From a virus (lineage: Duplodnaviria > Caudoviricetes): DNA of 59,544 bases. Below are positions 8,251-16,779 of the stretch, piece by piece. The stretch lies in IMG/VR virus record IMGVR_UViG_3300030397_000318, positions 1 through 59,544 of that record; one strand, given 5' to 3'. A model generated the notes under the pieces. That model did no database searches. It was not told the DNA's origin and saw only the letters and a program-made list of their open reading frames with translations. Every line of letters begins with the position of its first letter. Positions within the stretch are counted from its first letter, which is position 1. Made by a program: the position numbers and the translations under genes.

Positions 8251-8459
8251 GGTTTTCCGCTATTCCCGTCAGAGTGATAGTGGGATACCGGGATAGTGTA
8301 TCGGAAATGGCTCTAGAAAGGCCATAGGGGACAATGGGGCGGGTTTGGCGGGGGATATGAGGGTACGGAAAGGGACGCTTCAGGGACGCTTAAAACGCCA
8401 TTTTGGGCATGGTCCGTTGTGAGGCAATCCGCATATCGGGCAAGAGTCGGTTTGCATGG

Positions 8460-8699
8460 TCAAATGTCCGCAGTGTCGCTTTCCGACTCCGTTCCCGCTT
8501 CGCCGAGTCCCTCGCTCATATCGCCGCCTTCCGAGTCTTCCCACCATCGGCGTTTGCGGCGCGTCTCGCGTTCGTATTGCGTTGAGCCTTTCGGCGCGCG
8601 TGAAACTACTTCGGCGGAACCGGACTCGCCTTGCGCAGTGCCGCGTGGGACGGGAGTCCCAGGGTTTGCGGAACCGCCGCCGCCGAAGAGTCCACCCAT
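8460..8699 (-). CDS. small MGG-starting, Arg-rich protein
   Basis: MGGLFGGGG...ETRRKRRW; resembles small podovirus virion proteins. Confidence 0.5.
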   Translation of the reverse strand: MGGLFGGGGSANPGTPVPRGTAQGESGSAEVVSRAPKGSTQYERETRRKRRWWEDSEGGDMSEGLGEAGTESESDTADI

Positions 8700-8934
8700 A
8701 TCGATCACCAGGGTTTAATGATTCCAAATCAACACATTATCGCCTTATTTGAGGGTCGAATCCAGCCCGAATCGTTGTGTCATTAGCGCGGCAATTGTGG
8801 CGATACCGTGTCATTTGGCGGGTTCCCCGAAAGTCGTTCTGAGATTGTGGCAACAATGTGTTCGGGTGAGCCTAAACCACTCAAAACAAACGATTTATCC
8901 AAGTGAATATATCACAATATCGCCAAGGTTTCGT

Positions 8935-9290
8935 CATTGAATCCGCCGCAATTGGGCATTGACTCTTGGGCAACGGCGAAGCCGGACACAATCGAAAGGA
9001 TTTAGCGAAGCTAAGCGGAGCCTAGCAAGCTCTCCGGGACTGGAACCGGGACGGGACGGTAGGCAGCGGAACGCTTTGACCTCAAAAGCTACATTCCTTC
9101 GGGAAAGAAATTGAGAGACGCGGGAAGCCATAAAAGCCGAGAGCCAAATCCAGCCATAAGTCAGCTTTCCCCCGGCGGATGGGATGGATAGCCCGTAGCT
9201 ACAGGCACGGGGCCGGGAAACGAAGCGACGAGATTCTCTCCGGAAAGCACGTTCGCACCTTTTAATCGCGGACGTGTGCTAGGCAATTTG
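8935..9290 (+). other. structured non-coding region upstream of the early island
   Basis: No convincing ORF; GCCTAGCA(9020)/TGCTAGGC(9277) long-range pair and several short hairpins. Confidence 0.45.
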
Positions 9291-9372
9291 GGGGAAGTGG
9301 AATGATAGCCCTTCCCCCGTTTGTCACTTTGACCGGTTCGCAATCATGCGCGCCGATATCGGAGACTTTCAA

Positions 9373-9594
9373 ATGAACCGCACAACGCAAATCATCATGG
9401 CGATTTCGTTCTACCATGATGGACTTTTGACTCTCCGGGAAGCGATTACGCGACTCGATGACTTGAAGGTGCGCGGCGAATTCAACGAGACCGGATTCGT
9501 AGGATACGACTACCAAACCCAACAATGGATAAAGGCGACATACGCCGAATGTCCCGATATGACTTTCGCGGATACTTCGGCGGCGCGCCACTGA
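9373..9594 (+). CDS. hypothetical early protein
   Basis: GGAGA RBS module, start MNRTTQ. Confidence 0.7.
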   Translation: MNRTTQIIMAISFYHDGLLTLREAITRLDDLKVRGEFNETGFVGYDYQTQQWIKATYAECPDMTFADTSAARH

Positions 9595-9672
9595 AATACT
9601 TTCCCGGTTCGCCGGGACTTTGATCATACTTTGCCTAGCATGATCACCTTAACCTTAACCGGAGAATCTGAA

Positions 9673-10635
9673 ATGAACACCAATGCAGAATCGAATCTGA
9701 TCACGGCTATCACGGAAATCGCACAAGGCGCGTTGAGCGCCGAACAAGTCAACGATTTGGTCGCGAACCATCCTAAATGGAACGAGATCAAGTCTGGCGT
9801 TTCCGAAGATGTCGTAAAGAAAATGATCATGGACTCAATCGGTGCCGTGATCGACTCCATTCCGCCTAAGACGATTACCGTCAATATCGGCGATGTTGTC
9901 ACATCGTTTGACGGCGAAGTGCTTCACAGCAAATTCGAAACCGCTTTGAAGTATCTGGCGGCGGGCTGCACTCCGTTGTTCACTGGTCCCGCTGGTTCCG
10001 GCAAGTCCCGTCTCGCGCATCAATTGACGCGCGCGCTGGGACAAGAAATCAGAATTACCGGGCCAATGAACAGCGAATACAAGGCGACGGGATTCACCGA
10101 CGTACAAGGCCGATTCGTTCCGACTCAAGCTTATGAAGCTTACAAGTATGGCCATGTGTGGCTGATCGAGGAAATCGACGGCGGGACGCCAGCGGCGACC
10201 GTCGCAATCAACATGATCTTGTCCGAAGAACGCTTCGCGTTCGGAAACGAGATTGTGGAACGCCATCCGGACTTCCGAGCAATCGCCACGGCGAATACGT
10301 GGGGAAGCGGCGCGGACCGGATTTATGTCGGTCGCAATCAATTGGACGGCGCAACGATGGATCGGTTCTTCCCGATCCATATCGATTACGACAACAACAT
10401 TGAACGCGCGGCGGCGCAAAACGACTCTTGGGTTGACTTTGTGCAATCGGCGCGCGCCGCTGTTGATCGTCTTAAGCTTCGCGTCATCATTTCCCCGCGT
10501 GCTTCTATCGGCGGCGCGAAATTGCTTCGGGCTGGGGTAGACAAGGCGCAAGTCGCAGAGTCCACGATTTGGAAAGGACTCGATGACACGACTCGCCAGA
10601 AAATCAAAACGGAAATGCGGAACGGCGCGGACTGA
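9673..10635 (+). CDS. MoxR/CbbQ-like AAA+ ATPase
   Basis: Walker A GPAGSGKS, Walker B WLIEEID, HPDFRAIATAN sensor 1, LDGATMDRF arginine finger. Confidence 0.9.
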   Translation: MNTNAESNLITAITEIAQGALSAEQVNDLVANHPKWNEIKSGVSEDVVKKMIMDSIGAVIDSIPPKTITVNIGDVVTSFDGEVLHSKFETALKYLAAGCTPLFTGPAGSGKSRLAHQLTRALGQEIRITGPMNSEYKATGFTDVQGRFVPTQAYEAYKYGHVWLIEEIDGGTPAATVAINMILSEERFAFGNEIVERHPDFRAIATANTWGSGADRIYVGRNQLDGATMDRFFPIHIDYDNNIERAAAQNDSWVDFVQSARAAVDRLKLRVIISPRASIGGAKLLRAGVDKAQVAESTIWKGLDDTTRQKIKTEMRNGAD

Positions 10636-10711
10636 TACCGAGAATTACTTTCCCCGCTTCGGCGGGGGCTTTGCCAATTTGGCGACACTAGCACCAACGG
10701 AGAATCTGAAA

Positions 10712-11542
10712 ATGATCCAAGAGCGAAAAGGAAAGCGACTCGTGGGACGATTCGAGTCGTTTGATGATTTCATCGATTACGTTTCGAACACAAGGCCGGT
10801 TTGGGAAAAATCGAGTCTTGCGTCCGAACAGGACGATTTCAAGTTCAATCAAACCGACTCGTTTGATCACGCCGTTGACCTAGCGTCTAACGGATGGGAA
10901 GCGGGACGGGACTTGATGTCGGACGTTATCGATGAATTCGACTCCAATCTGGTTCACGCGATTGCGCTGGAAACCCGCGAACTTGATGTTGGCGGCGATT
11001 TTCCAGATGTCGGAATCGCGGTTACCGGCGATCCGGTTTGCATGGAAAACGTGACCATGGCGGAAACGCCGAGTCCCGTTATCCGAATCGGCGTCTCCGG
11101 AACCTTCAATTACAAGGTGAAGGGCAAACAAGTGATGTATCGCGGCGGCGCGATTGCGTCATACGTTGATGCATTGGAAAATCAGGGCTGGCGAGTCGAA
11201 CTGGTTTGGAATGGTCAAAGCGTCACGTCCGGAACCGGGAAGCTTGATGACCTTGAATTCCAGATCATGCTGAAAGAAGCGAATCAACCGGTTGATATTG
11301 ACCGGTTAAGCTTCGCGCTAGCCCATCCTGCAATGTTGCGGCGATTGGAGTTCCGATTGGATGAAACCATAGCGGACGCCGAAGAAAATTTTTGCTTCGG
11401 ATACGGTTCCGCCAGACATAAGCGTCCGAGTGACGTTGATATCTGGATACCGGGGTTTGAACCGAATTCGGCGGATGAAGCGCTAGCGCGTATCGCGTCA
11501 ATCGTTCAAAAGGAATTACACGGAAACACTTCGGGGGAATGA
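10712..11542 (+). CDS. VWA-like partner of the AAA+ ATPase
   Basis: Follows a MoxR-type ATPase; RGGAIASYVDALENQGWRVEL and LSFALAHPAMLRRL motifs. Confidence 0.6.
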   Translation: MIQERKGKRLVGRFESFDDFIDYVSNTRPVWEKSSLASEQDDFKFNQTDSFDHAVDLASNGWEAGRDLMSDVIDEFDSNLVHAIALETRELDVGGDFPDVGIAVTGDPVCMENVTMAETPSPVIRIGVSGTFNYKVKGKQVMYRGGAIASYVDALENQGWRVELVWNGQSVTSGTGKLDDLEFQIMLKEANQPVDIDRLSFALAHPAMLRRLEFRLDETIADAEENFCFGYGSARHKRPSDVDIWIPGFEPNSADEALARIASIVQKELHGNTSGE

Positions 11543-11599
11543 TTCCCCCGCTTTATCACTTTTAAGTGATGCTAGCACCCTCTAACCGGAGAATCTGAA

Positions 11600-12520
11600 A
11601 TGACTGATACGGTACTTATGAGCGTGACTCTTAAGGGATTCCAGATTACGAAGCGGGACAAGGCACAAGAACGCCGAGTCGAGTCGGACAATCATGCAAC
11701 GTCCGGTTCCGCCGCCGTTTACAAGTATCTGGTCTCTAAAGAATTCATGCGTCCCGTCGACACGATTGACGGGGAAATTCGGCGCGTGCTTCCGAAAGTC
11801 GGGCTGGCGACGGGTATCCGTGGCTTGTTCGCAGTCAAAGGGAAGCGGGATGAAGCGGAAAGATTGCTTGAAAATCTTTTCGCACAACGCCGAGTCGCAG
11901 TCTCTGAAATCGTCGCGAAATACGACTCCGAACTGGATAGGCGCGAAGCGGAAATGGGCGATCTGTTCAATCGTTCCGATTACCCGTCCGCCGCTATGGT
12001 CGAATCCCGGTTCTCGGAAAAGGTCATGGTTCTTTCGCCGCCATCTTCGGCGGGGATAACGGACGAGTCGGCGGCGCGTGCCATCGATGAATCCCGCGAA
12101 GAGCTATTCCGCGAAGCGTTCTACGATGCTTTTGATCGTCTTGAGGAAATGGCGACCGATATCATCGAAAAGATGGGGCGGGACTTCAAACCGGGGACCA
12201 TGCAAAAGGTTCTCGGCGGACTCTTGGATACGCTGGAAAGCCTGAATTTGTGGGATGATCCGAACATGGATGATTGCTTGAAACTACTTCGGGCGAACAT
12301 TTTTGAAGTATCCCTCGAAGCGCTGAAATACGATGATCAAAAGCGCGAAGCAGCGCTGGCGGCGGCGAAGAAAGTCCTGCAAATCTCGCGGGACGCGATT
12401 CCCGGCGCTCCGGTTCCGGACGCGACTCCGGAGACGGTAACGCATAAGCCGGAAACGCCGACTCCCGTGACTCCGAACGTTGTTACGGAAACGGACGATT
12501 TTAGCAGTCTCTTGGACTGA
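11600..12520 (+). CDS. DUF3150-like protein
   Basis: LMSVTLKGFQITKRDK...VYKYLV...FNRSDYPS pattern; family often next to AAA/VWA pairs. Confidence 0.55.
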   Translation: MTDTVLMSVTLKGFQITKRDKAQERRVESDNHATSGSAAVYKYLVSKEFMRPVDTIDGEIRRVLPKVGLATGIRGLFAVKGKRDEAERLLENLFAQRRVAVSEIVAKYDSELDRREAEMGDLFNRSDYPSAAMVESRFSEKVMVLSPPSSAGITDESAARAIDESREELFREAFYDAFDRLEEMATDIIEKMGRDFKPGTMQKVLGGLLDTLESLNLWDDPNMDDCLKLLRANIFEVSLEALKYDDQKREAALAAAKKVLQISRDAIPGAPVPDATPETVTHKPETPTPVTPNVVTETDDFSSLLD

Positions 12521-12589
12521 TACCTTTCCCGGCGGTTCGCGCCGCCGGGATTTTGGCAATTTGCCTCAACCTAGATCGGAGAATCTGAA

Positions 12590-12823
12590 ATGAACCTCGC
12601 ATTACGGGAATCATGGCCGAGTCAGTCTATCGGCGGAGTCCCGACCCGCGTCCGATTCACGACAACTCAATTGCGAAAAGCGAACGTAATTCGGAATCCA
12701 AACGGCGTGATGACCGGGCTGGAAAGATCAAAGCCGCGCGCACGCCGTAAACCTAAATCCGCGCTTTCGGACTTCACCATTTCCGAATTGACTGCGGAAC
12801 TTATAAGGAGATGCAAAGCATGA
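12590..12823 (+). CDS. hypothetical early protein
   Basis: RBS module; LSDFTISELTAELIRR C-terminus. Confidence 0.7.
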   Translation: MNLALRESWPSQSIGGVPTRVRFTTTQLRKANVIRNPNGVMTGLERSKPRARRKPKSALSDFTISELTAELIRRCKA

Positions 12824-12969
12824 TGATTAAGCCGAAGGTCGACAAGCCTTTCCCAGCGGACGATACCGAACGCGAAATCATGGCGGAAATCGAAGAATGG
12901 ATGGAAGGTCTGACCGAAGACCGACTCCGTGAAATTCTCGGCGCGCCGCCGCGATTCGACGATAAATAA
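12820..12969 (+). CDS. small acidic protein (49 aa)
   Basis: Not in the track; ATGA-coupled MMIKPKVDKPFPADDTEREIMAEIEEW... Confidence 0.6.
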   Translation: MMIKPKVDKPFPADDTEREIMAEIEEWMEGLTEDRLREILGAPPRFDDK

Positions 12970-13067
12970 AGCCCATCTGCGCTTTTACCTCAAAACTACT
13001 TTTGCGCTGCGCTTTTGCGTGGCGCGCTTTGGGAATTTTCCCGCAACCTAGACATGGAGAATCTGAA

Positions 13068-13313
13068 ATGTCGAATGATAATGATTATATTTCCAAGATA
13101 GCAAACCTGATCGGCCCCGAACTGTGCCGCCGCAAAAGCGATGCGTTCGAGGATACCATAGTCGCGCTTTCGTCAACCATCGCGGCGGTCGCTACGTCCC
13201 GCGAGGGCGCGATTGAGCTTTTCGAAGCGGCCATCTACATGCTTCAGGATCATCGCCAGGGCATAATGTCCCCCGACGCGGACAATCTGCCGTGGGGTGA
13301 CTTGGAGCGGTAA
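13068..13313 (+). CDS. hypothetical early protein
   Basis: RBS module, start MSNDND. Confidence 0.7.
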   Translation: MSNDNDYISKIANLIGPELCRRKSDAFEDTIVALSSTIAAVATSREGAIELFEAAIYMLQDHRQGIMSPDADNLPWGDLER

Positions 13314-13394
13314 CACCGAACTAATTCTGGGGGATGCTTCGGCGTCCCCTTTCTTTTGGCAATTTGCCGTAACCTAGATATGGAGAATCGAGAA

Positions 13395-13592
13395 ATGACA
13401 GATCATCCCTTCACACTTTCAACGGTCAAGGTGTCAATTGCCGATGGGGCATGGCAGCGCATGAACGATGACGACGCTGATGTGATACTTGAAGTTATCA
13501 CGGAAGCGCTGGAAATCGCCGTCGACCGGATGGAAGAGCGGTTGAACACTGCGCCGAATGGTCAACAGTTCAAAATCGAACTGGTCGTTTAA
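13395..13592 (+). CDS. hypothetical acidic early protein
   Basis: RBS module, start MTDHPF. Confidence 0.7.
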   Translation: MTDHPFTLSTVKVSIADGAWQRMNDDDADVILEVITEALEIAVDRMEERLNTAPNGQQFKIELVV

Positions 13593-13879
13593 CCAACCCT
13601 CTCGCCGGTATCGGTGTCGCCCGCAATCGTCGGGCTTCGCCGGTTCCGGCGTCTTTTTGCGCCTTCAGACATGCGTAGGGCGCGCGCCCGGTCTTCTCCG
13701 TAGTCCTTCTGAGGAGCGTAGTCAGGTGTGGGCGCGGGTGTCGACGAATAATCCGGCGTGTGTGGTTTCGCCACCACCGAGAGTCCTTTCTTGTGAAGAT
13801 TGAGCTTCTTCTCGATCTTCGCGTTGAGGCGATTCATCGGGGACTTGGCAAGCGGGGTGTCGGAAAGGACTCCACCCAT
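13589..13879 (-). CDS. small MGG-starting, Arg-rich protein
   Basis: MGGVLS...KRRRNRRSPTI...G; last gene of the long minus-strand run. Confidence 0.55.
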   Translation of the reverse strand: MGGVLSDTPLAKSPMNRLNAKIEKKLNLHKKGLSVVAKPHTPDYSSTPAPTPDYAPQKDYGEDRARALRMSEGAKRRRNRRSPTIAGDTDTGERVG

Positions 13880-13919
13880 AACGAAGATCCATCTGCGCTT
13901 TTGACCTGCGCATTCTAGC

Positions 13920-14897
13920 TCATTCGTCCGGGTCTATCATCCCCCAAACGTACATGCGCCTGTAGAACTGGGTTGCGCTTTTCTCGCCCTTCAAATGGTT
14001 CACATTGGCCGTCAACTGCGCAATCTTGATGTTATACTCCCTCACCTTCTCTCCCGCCTCCTTCTTCAGCTCCTCTGGACCGTTCCCATCCTCCAAAGTG
14101 CGCAATCTCCCCTCCCACCGATATCCTTCCGCCTTATGCTCTTCAAGCTGCTGGGTTTGGTGCTCAACTGCGCCTTCCAGCCACTTGTATTTCTTTTCGA
14201 GCGTGAGCGCCAAGTGCGTCTCGTACCTGTCCGGGTACGGGTTCACATCTCTCTCCAAACCAGTCCCGTGTGGCAGATGCACGTTGATCCCGGTCATCAC
14301 GGCCAGATCAATCAAATGTGCGCATCCCGTCCACTGCGACACGTACTCTTCCCCCGATTCCAGATCGATACCCCACAGCCCCATGTGCTTCTCGCCTGGG
14401 TGCGCATGTAGCTCTTCCATCGCCAGCGCCAGCAACCATGAAATGCTGGATGAGAACCATATGCGCCTTCGGTACTTCTCGATGATACCGGAGCGCGGAT
14501 ACACCACGTTTGCCTTCCAGTCCCCCTCGATCTTCTCCAACCACTTCTCGAAAGGTTCCTCTGCGCTTGCGTGCTCCATCGCCCAGTTGTGGATCAACTG
14601 CGGCATGGGCTGCATGGAAATTACTTTCTGGGGTGGTTCGACCTTGGAGAGATCGTTGAGATAGTCAGCGAAGTCGGCAGGCCAGACTTGGTGAATCTCA
14701 AAAAGCGCATCCCACCGATGGGAGTCCTTCCCCCCTGGTCCGATAGTCCAGAGCGTCCAGGTGTCGTCTTCGATGGGTGCTTGGAAGCGTGTGGGAGTAG
14801 TTCCGAGAAGAGCTATCTTCTTGGGAGGAACAGGGGCGACCTTCTTGCGCGGACTCGAACTGCGCTTTCGGGTCGCCCCTTTTTTCGCCTCTGCCAT
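13920..14897 (-). CDS. putative Maf/sialyltransferase-fold nonulosonate transferase with C-terminal coiled coil
   Basis: KKIALLGTTPT...WTLWT...FSSSISWLLALA...MGLWGIDL pattern resembles the GT29/GT42/Maf fold; context in the CMP-nonulosonate cluster. Confidence 0.5.
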   Translation of the reverse strand: MAEAKKGATRKRSSSPRKKVAPVPPKKIALLGTTPTRFQAPIEDDTWTLWTIGPGGKDSHRWDALFEIHQVWPADFADYLNDLSKVEPPQKVISMQPMPQLIHNWAMEHASAEEPFEKWLEKIEGDWKANVVYPRSGIIEKYRRRIWFSSSISWLLALAMEELHAHPGEKHMGLWGIDLESGEEYVSQWTGCAHLIDLAVMTGINVHLPHGTGLERDVNPYPDRYETHLALTLEKKYKWLEGAVEHQTQQLEEHKAEGYRWEGRLRTLEDGNGPEELKKEAGEKVREYNIKIAQLTANVNHLKGEKSATQFYRRMYVWGMIDPDE

Positions 14898-14915
14898 GTG
14901 TGCCCCTGAAGTAGT

Positions 14916-15371
14916 TTAGGTGACGAGTACCGTTGAACCGGTTACCACACCCCACTCGCTACTTGAAAGACCGCGCAAGGTCAAGTTCAAGCCCGCGAGG
15001 TTCGCACCCTGCATGGTAACTGCGGTCGAGCCACCGGAACCGTTGCCGTGGGTGAGAAATACTTCGCTGGTGGCAGTTGTGTTGAAGGTGATCGCCGATG
15101 CGGACGAGACGATCCAGACTTCCTTGGACACGCCAGCCACAGGCGCTTCAATCGAGATGACCGATGCGCTCGGGACATCCAGAACATGGACACCGGCGTT
15201 ATTGAGGAATGCGGCGGTGCTGGTGGTCGCGGTCGTATAGCCTGCGCCCCACATCTGCGCATGTCCGACTACATCAGTCGCGCCGGTACCGGCGACACCG
15301 ATGTACTGGGAGATGCCGTTTGTGGACGAAAGACCGAGACGGCGACCCTTGATGGATTGGAAATGGGCCAT
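14916..15371 (-). CDS. Ser/Thr/Gly-rich beta protein, putative virion protein
   Basis: Composition (TTATTST, LSSSEW); GGAG RBS. Confidence 0.6.
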   Translation of the reverse strand: MAHFQSIKGRRLGLSSTNGISQYIGVAGTGATDVVGHAQMWGAGYTTATTSTAAFLNNAGVHVLDVPSASVISIEAPVAGVSKEVWIVSSASAITFNTTATSEVFLTHGNGSGGSTAVTMQGANLAGLNLTLRGLSSSEWGVVTGSTVLVT

Positions 15372-15431
15372 TGCCTACTCCATTGCTTCAGGTTGCTTGA
15401 TGGATTAGGCGACTATACTGGAAAACTAGTT

Positions 15432-16211
15432 TTACCGGAACCGCATTTCGTCTTCGTATTTCTCGGGGTTCTTCAGGTATTCTGCGCTGCCCCAATCAGT
15501 CGCATCAGGGCGGAGTCCGACGTATGCACCAACCTTGTAATGTATTCCAATACGGACTCCTGCTCTAACAAAGCGCACTTGGAGATCGATATCATTGACG
15601 CGATCCCAGGGCTTTCGCCAACAATGTCGATTGTAACGGAATAGTCGTAGGTATTTTCGATAAACCCAAGTCTGAGTTGACCCAATGCGGATTCCATTAG
15701 GATAGTCGTAGGGGTGAATGATCTGTCCTTTGGGATTCGAGGCCATTGACGAGACGAACTCCAGATCTGCTTTCTGCGCATACCGTATAGAGTTCTCGAT
15801 GTGGTGCGGTGACCAAATGTCGTCGTCGTCCAGACGAGCGATCCAATCACCCCTTGACGCCAACAAAGCTGCGTTAGCGGGTTGTACCGGTCCCACCAAC
15901 CAGTGATTCTCCGCAGTCTCAGGATACGTCTTCGTGCGGGGAACGGCGAGATGCCGGATTCGCTTATCCTTCGCCATGAACCCCTCAATCCGCTCGGTAA
16001 CCTCGGCATTGCACCCATGGTTGGCCACGATGATATCAAGATTCTCGTAGGTCTGGGCTTGGATGGATGGAAGGCTCCTTCTGAAAAGTAGTTCGGGTCT
16101 ATTGTAGGTAGGAATGTAGCATGTAACCAAAGGTCGGCCAGAGTTCCATCTGTCGGTAACACCACGGCTATGGTGCATCCTTATCATGGCCAAATATGCC
16201 GGATCGATCAT
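15432..16211 (-). CDS. glycosyltransferase family 2
   Basis: LVTCYIPTYNRP...SIQAQTYENLDIIV...WIARLDDDD GT-A motifs. Confidence 0.9.
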   Translation of the reverse strand: MIDPAYLAMIRMHHSRGVTDRWNSGRPLVTCYIPTYNRPELLFRRSLPSIQAQTYENLDIIVANHGCNAEVTERIEGFMAKDKRIRHLAVPRTKTYPETAENHWLVGPVQPANAALLASRGDWIARLDDDDIWSPHHIENSIRYAQKADLEFVSSMASNPKGQIIHPYDYPNGIRIGSTQTWVYRKYLRLFRYNRHCWRKPWDRVNDIDLQVRFVRAGVRIGIHYKVGAYVGLRPDATDWGSAEYLKNPEKYEDEMRFR

Positions 16212-16779
16212 TCGGCGGTACGCGGATTGGCCTGCGCATATCGTCTTGTCCGCAAAAGTTCTCTCTGTTCGCCGCGCGACTCCCCTCATACCTGTTCCCC
16301 TTGCTGCAATTCTCGCTTACCGTCAAAAGCTGAAGATTCCAAGGCACATGCAATCCGCACACGCCATCCCCCTTCAACGGGATTATGTGGTCTACACACA
16401 ACCCACGCCTCCTGGCTTTCCTGTATATCTCCACCAATGCTCCCCTATCGACCCACTTCGGTGTCGCCCGTCGTATTCCAGCCCTGCGCGCAGCGGCAGC
16501 CTCCGCTAAATGCTCTCGGTTCCGTGCGGCATACTTCTTGGCATACTTCGCCACCTTACTTTTGTTCTCAGATTTCCATTGTCGCGCACGAGCGTTATGA
16601 CCATCCCTGTCTTCGTGGTACTTCGCTCTCTGCTTCTCCAGAATTAGATCGCGATTTTTCTCACGATATTTCCTAGATGCCTCCCTTCGTTTCTCCGGAT
16701 TCCTTTTGTGGTACTCTTTCGAATAGGCAAGACGCTTCTCGCGATTCCTCAAATAATACTCTCTGTCATAGCCCATCAC
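16168..16779 (-). CDS. HNH endonuclease
   Basis: VDHIIPLKGDGVCGLHVPWNLQLLTVSENCSKGN; N-terminal basic repeats; ATPKW motif. Confidence 0.9.
   Translation of the reverse strand: MMGYDREYYLRNREKRLAYSKEYHKRNPEKRREASRKYREKNRDLILEKQRAKYHEDRDGHNARARQWKSENKSKVAKYAKKYAARNREHLAEAAAARRAGIRRATPKWVDRGALVEIYRKARRRGLCVDHIIPLKGDGVCGLHVPWNLQLLTVSENCSKGNRYEGSRAANRENFCGQDDMRRPIRVPPNDRSGIFGHDKDAP

Larger units (their letters stand above)
9290..13397 (+). repeat. seven copies of an intergenic module: hairpin + small palindrome + CTAG + GGAGAATCTGAAATG
   Basis: GGAGAATCTGAAATG at 9661, 11588, 12578, 13056; variants at 9361, 10699, 13382. Confidence 0.9.

Noticed and set aside
9290-13397. CRISPR array or integron interpretation of the repeated modules
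   Set aside because: Spacing is gene-sized and irregular; no cas or integrase gene; no GTTRRRY/RYYYAAC attC ends recognised
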